From assembly GCA_964480285.1 (NCBI GenBank), contig CAYZPT010000001.1:1-47212 (forward strand): a stretch of 47,212 nucleotides of DNA, read 5' to 3'. Of the stretch, positions 45,876-47,212 are shown piece after piece. This DNA comes from an uncultured Bacteroides sp. Lineage in GTDB: Bacteria; Bacillota; Clostridia; Oscillospirales; Acutalibacteraceae. The notes under the pieces were generated by a model, which was not told the DNA's origin, ran no database searches, and was given only the letters and a program-made list of their open reading frames with translations. Position numbers and translations under genes: made by a program. The stretch's first letter is position 1, and the number at the start of each line of letters is the position of its first letter.

Positions 45876-47159
45876 TTTTGTAGGCACAATCTTGTCCTTG
45901 CCGCCCATATACATTCTGAGCGCTTCGGGGATTGAAACCGTGCCGTCCTCGTTGAGGTTGTTTTCAAGGAATGCGATGAGCATTCTCGGCGGAGCAACAA
46001 CTGTGTTGTTGAGGGTGTGAGCAAGGTAGTTGCCGTTTTCACCCTTGACTCTGATTTTGAGCCTGCGCGCCTGCGCGTCGGTGAGGTTGGAGCAGGAGCC
46101 TACCTCAAAGTACTTCTGCTGTCTCGGCGACCACGCCTCAACGTCAACACTCTTAACCTTAAGGTCTGCAAGGTCTCCCGAGCAGCACTCAAGCGTTCTT
46201 ACCGGAATGTCAAGGCTTCTGAACAGGTCAACGGTGTTCTGCCACAGCTGGTCAAACCAATATTTTGACTCATCAGGCTTGCAGACAACAACCATTTCCT
46301 GCTTTTCAAACTGGTGGATGCGGTAAACGCCGCGCTCCTCAATACCGTGTGCACCCTTCTCCTTGCGGAAGCACGGTGAATACGATGTCAGCGTGAGCGG
46401 GAGCTTCTCTTCCGGCGTGATAGTGTCGATAAACTTACCGATCATCGAATGCTCGGACGTACCGATAAGGTACAGATCCTCGCCCTCAATCTTGTACATC
46501 ATTGCGTCCATTTCCTCAAAGCTCATAACGCCTGTAACAACGTTGGAGCGAATCATAAACGGCGGCACAACGTAAGTGAAACCGCGATCAATCATAAAGT
46601 CACGCGCGTAGCTGATTACCGCGCTGTGCAGGCGCGCAATGTCGCCCATAAGATAGTAAAAACCGTTGCCTGCAACACGACCTGCAGCGTCCATATCGAT
46701 GCCGTCAAAGGTCTCCATAATATCGGTGTGGTACGGGATTTCGTAATCAGGAACAACCGGCTCGCCGTAACGCTGAACCTCAACATTTTCGCTGTCGTCC
46801 TTGCCGATCGGCACACTGTCTTCAATGATGTTCGGGATTGACATCATAAGCTTTGTCACCTTTTCGGTGAGCTCGTTTTCCTTTTTGCCGAGCTCGTCAA
46901 GCTCTTTCGCCTGCGCGGTAACTTTCTCCTTGAGCGCCATGCCCTCCTCGCGCTTGCCCTGCGACATAAGCGCGCCGATTTCCTTAGAAATCTTGTTGCG
47001 GTTTGCGCGAAGCTCGTCCGCCCTAACAATTGTCGCTCTGCGCTCCTCGTCAAGCGCGATAACCTCGTCAACGTAAGCGAGCTTGTGCTCCTGAAATTTC
47101 TTTTTAATGTTCTCTTTTACAAGTTCAGGGTTTTCCCTTACAAATTTGATATCAAGCAT
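45873..47159 (-). CDS. serS: Serine--tRNA ligase
   Basis: MLDIKFVR, GTSE, FRKEKG...RIHQFEKQE, EVGSCSN, HTLN. Confidence 0.97.
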   Translation of the reverse strand: MLDIKFVRENPELVKENIKKKFQEHKLAYVDEVIALDEERRATIVRADELRANRNKISKEIGALMSQGKREEGMALKEKVTAQAKELDELGKKENELTEKVTKLMMSIPNIIEDSVPIGKDDSENVEVQRYGEPVVPDYEIPYHTDIMETFDGIDMDAAGRVAGNGFYYLMGDIARLHSAVISYARDFMIDRGFTYVVPPFMIRSNVVTGVMSFEEMDAMMYKIEGEDLYLIGTSEHSMIGKFIDTITPEEKLPLTLTSYSPCFRKEKGAHGIEERGVYRIHQFEKQEMVVVCKPDESKYWFDQLWQNTVDLFRSLDIPVRTLECCSGDLADLKVKSVDVEAWSPRQQKYFEVGSCSNLTDAQARRLKIRVKGENGNYLAHTLNNTVVAPPRMLIAFLENNLNEDGTVSIPEALRMYMGGKDKIVPTK

Positions 47160-47180
47160 ATATAACTCCTTTCACCCTGT

Positions 47181-47212
47181 TGCCTCCCTTGTGTAAAGGG
47201 AGGTGTCGCGCC
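47181..47212. repeat. REP-like repeat (second copy, truncated by window end)
   Basis: TGCCTCCCTTGTGTAAAGGGAGG is the reverse complement of 34098-34120. Confidence 0.7.

Noticed and set aside
47160-47212. T-box leader of serS
   Set aside because: Only 53 bp are visible and they are occupied by the REP-like repeat; cannot be assessed

Overview
Chromosomal window from a Firmicute, most likely a gut or rumen Clostridia member (inferred from gene content). The flanks (1-11.8 kb and 30.8-47.2 kb) carry modular secreted CAZymes, aldo/keto reductases, an oxidative-stress operon, azlCD, an SPFH/zinc-ribbon/TPM operon, YitT, DegV, plsY and serS. The centre (about 11,813-30,796) is a ~19-kb, largely AT-rich island integrated in the 3' half of tRNA-Gln(CTG). 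It encodes a tyrosine integrase/excisionase/HTH module and a dense defence cargo. The cargo includes a five-gene operon (74-aa protein, GHKL/MORC-like ATPase, 283-aa unknown, DUF6339-like protein, 1102-aa alphaCTD/sigma4-HTH protein) that converges on a C5-methyltransferase fused to an NgoFVII-type PLD nuclease. It also has an McrA-like HNH nuclease, a nucleotidyltransferase pair and an orphan AAA_21 ATPase. The displaced tRNA half at the left end is split in its T-arm by a 167-nt highly structured insert. Several structured non-coding elements and unannotated microproteins are also visible. All family assignments come from motif recognition by eye, not database searches.
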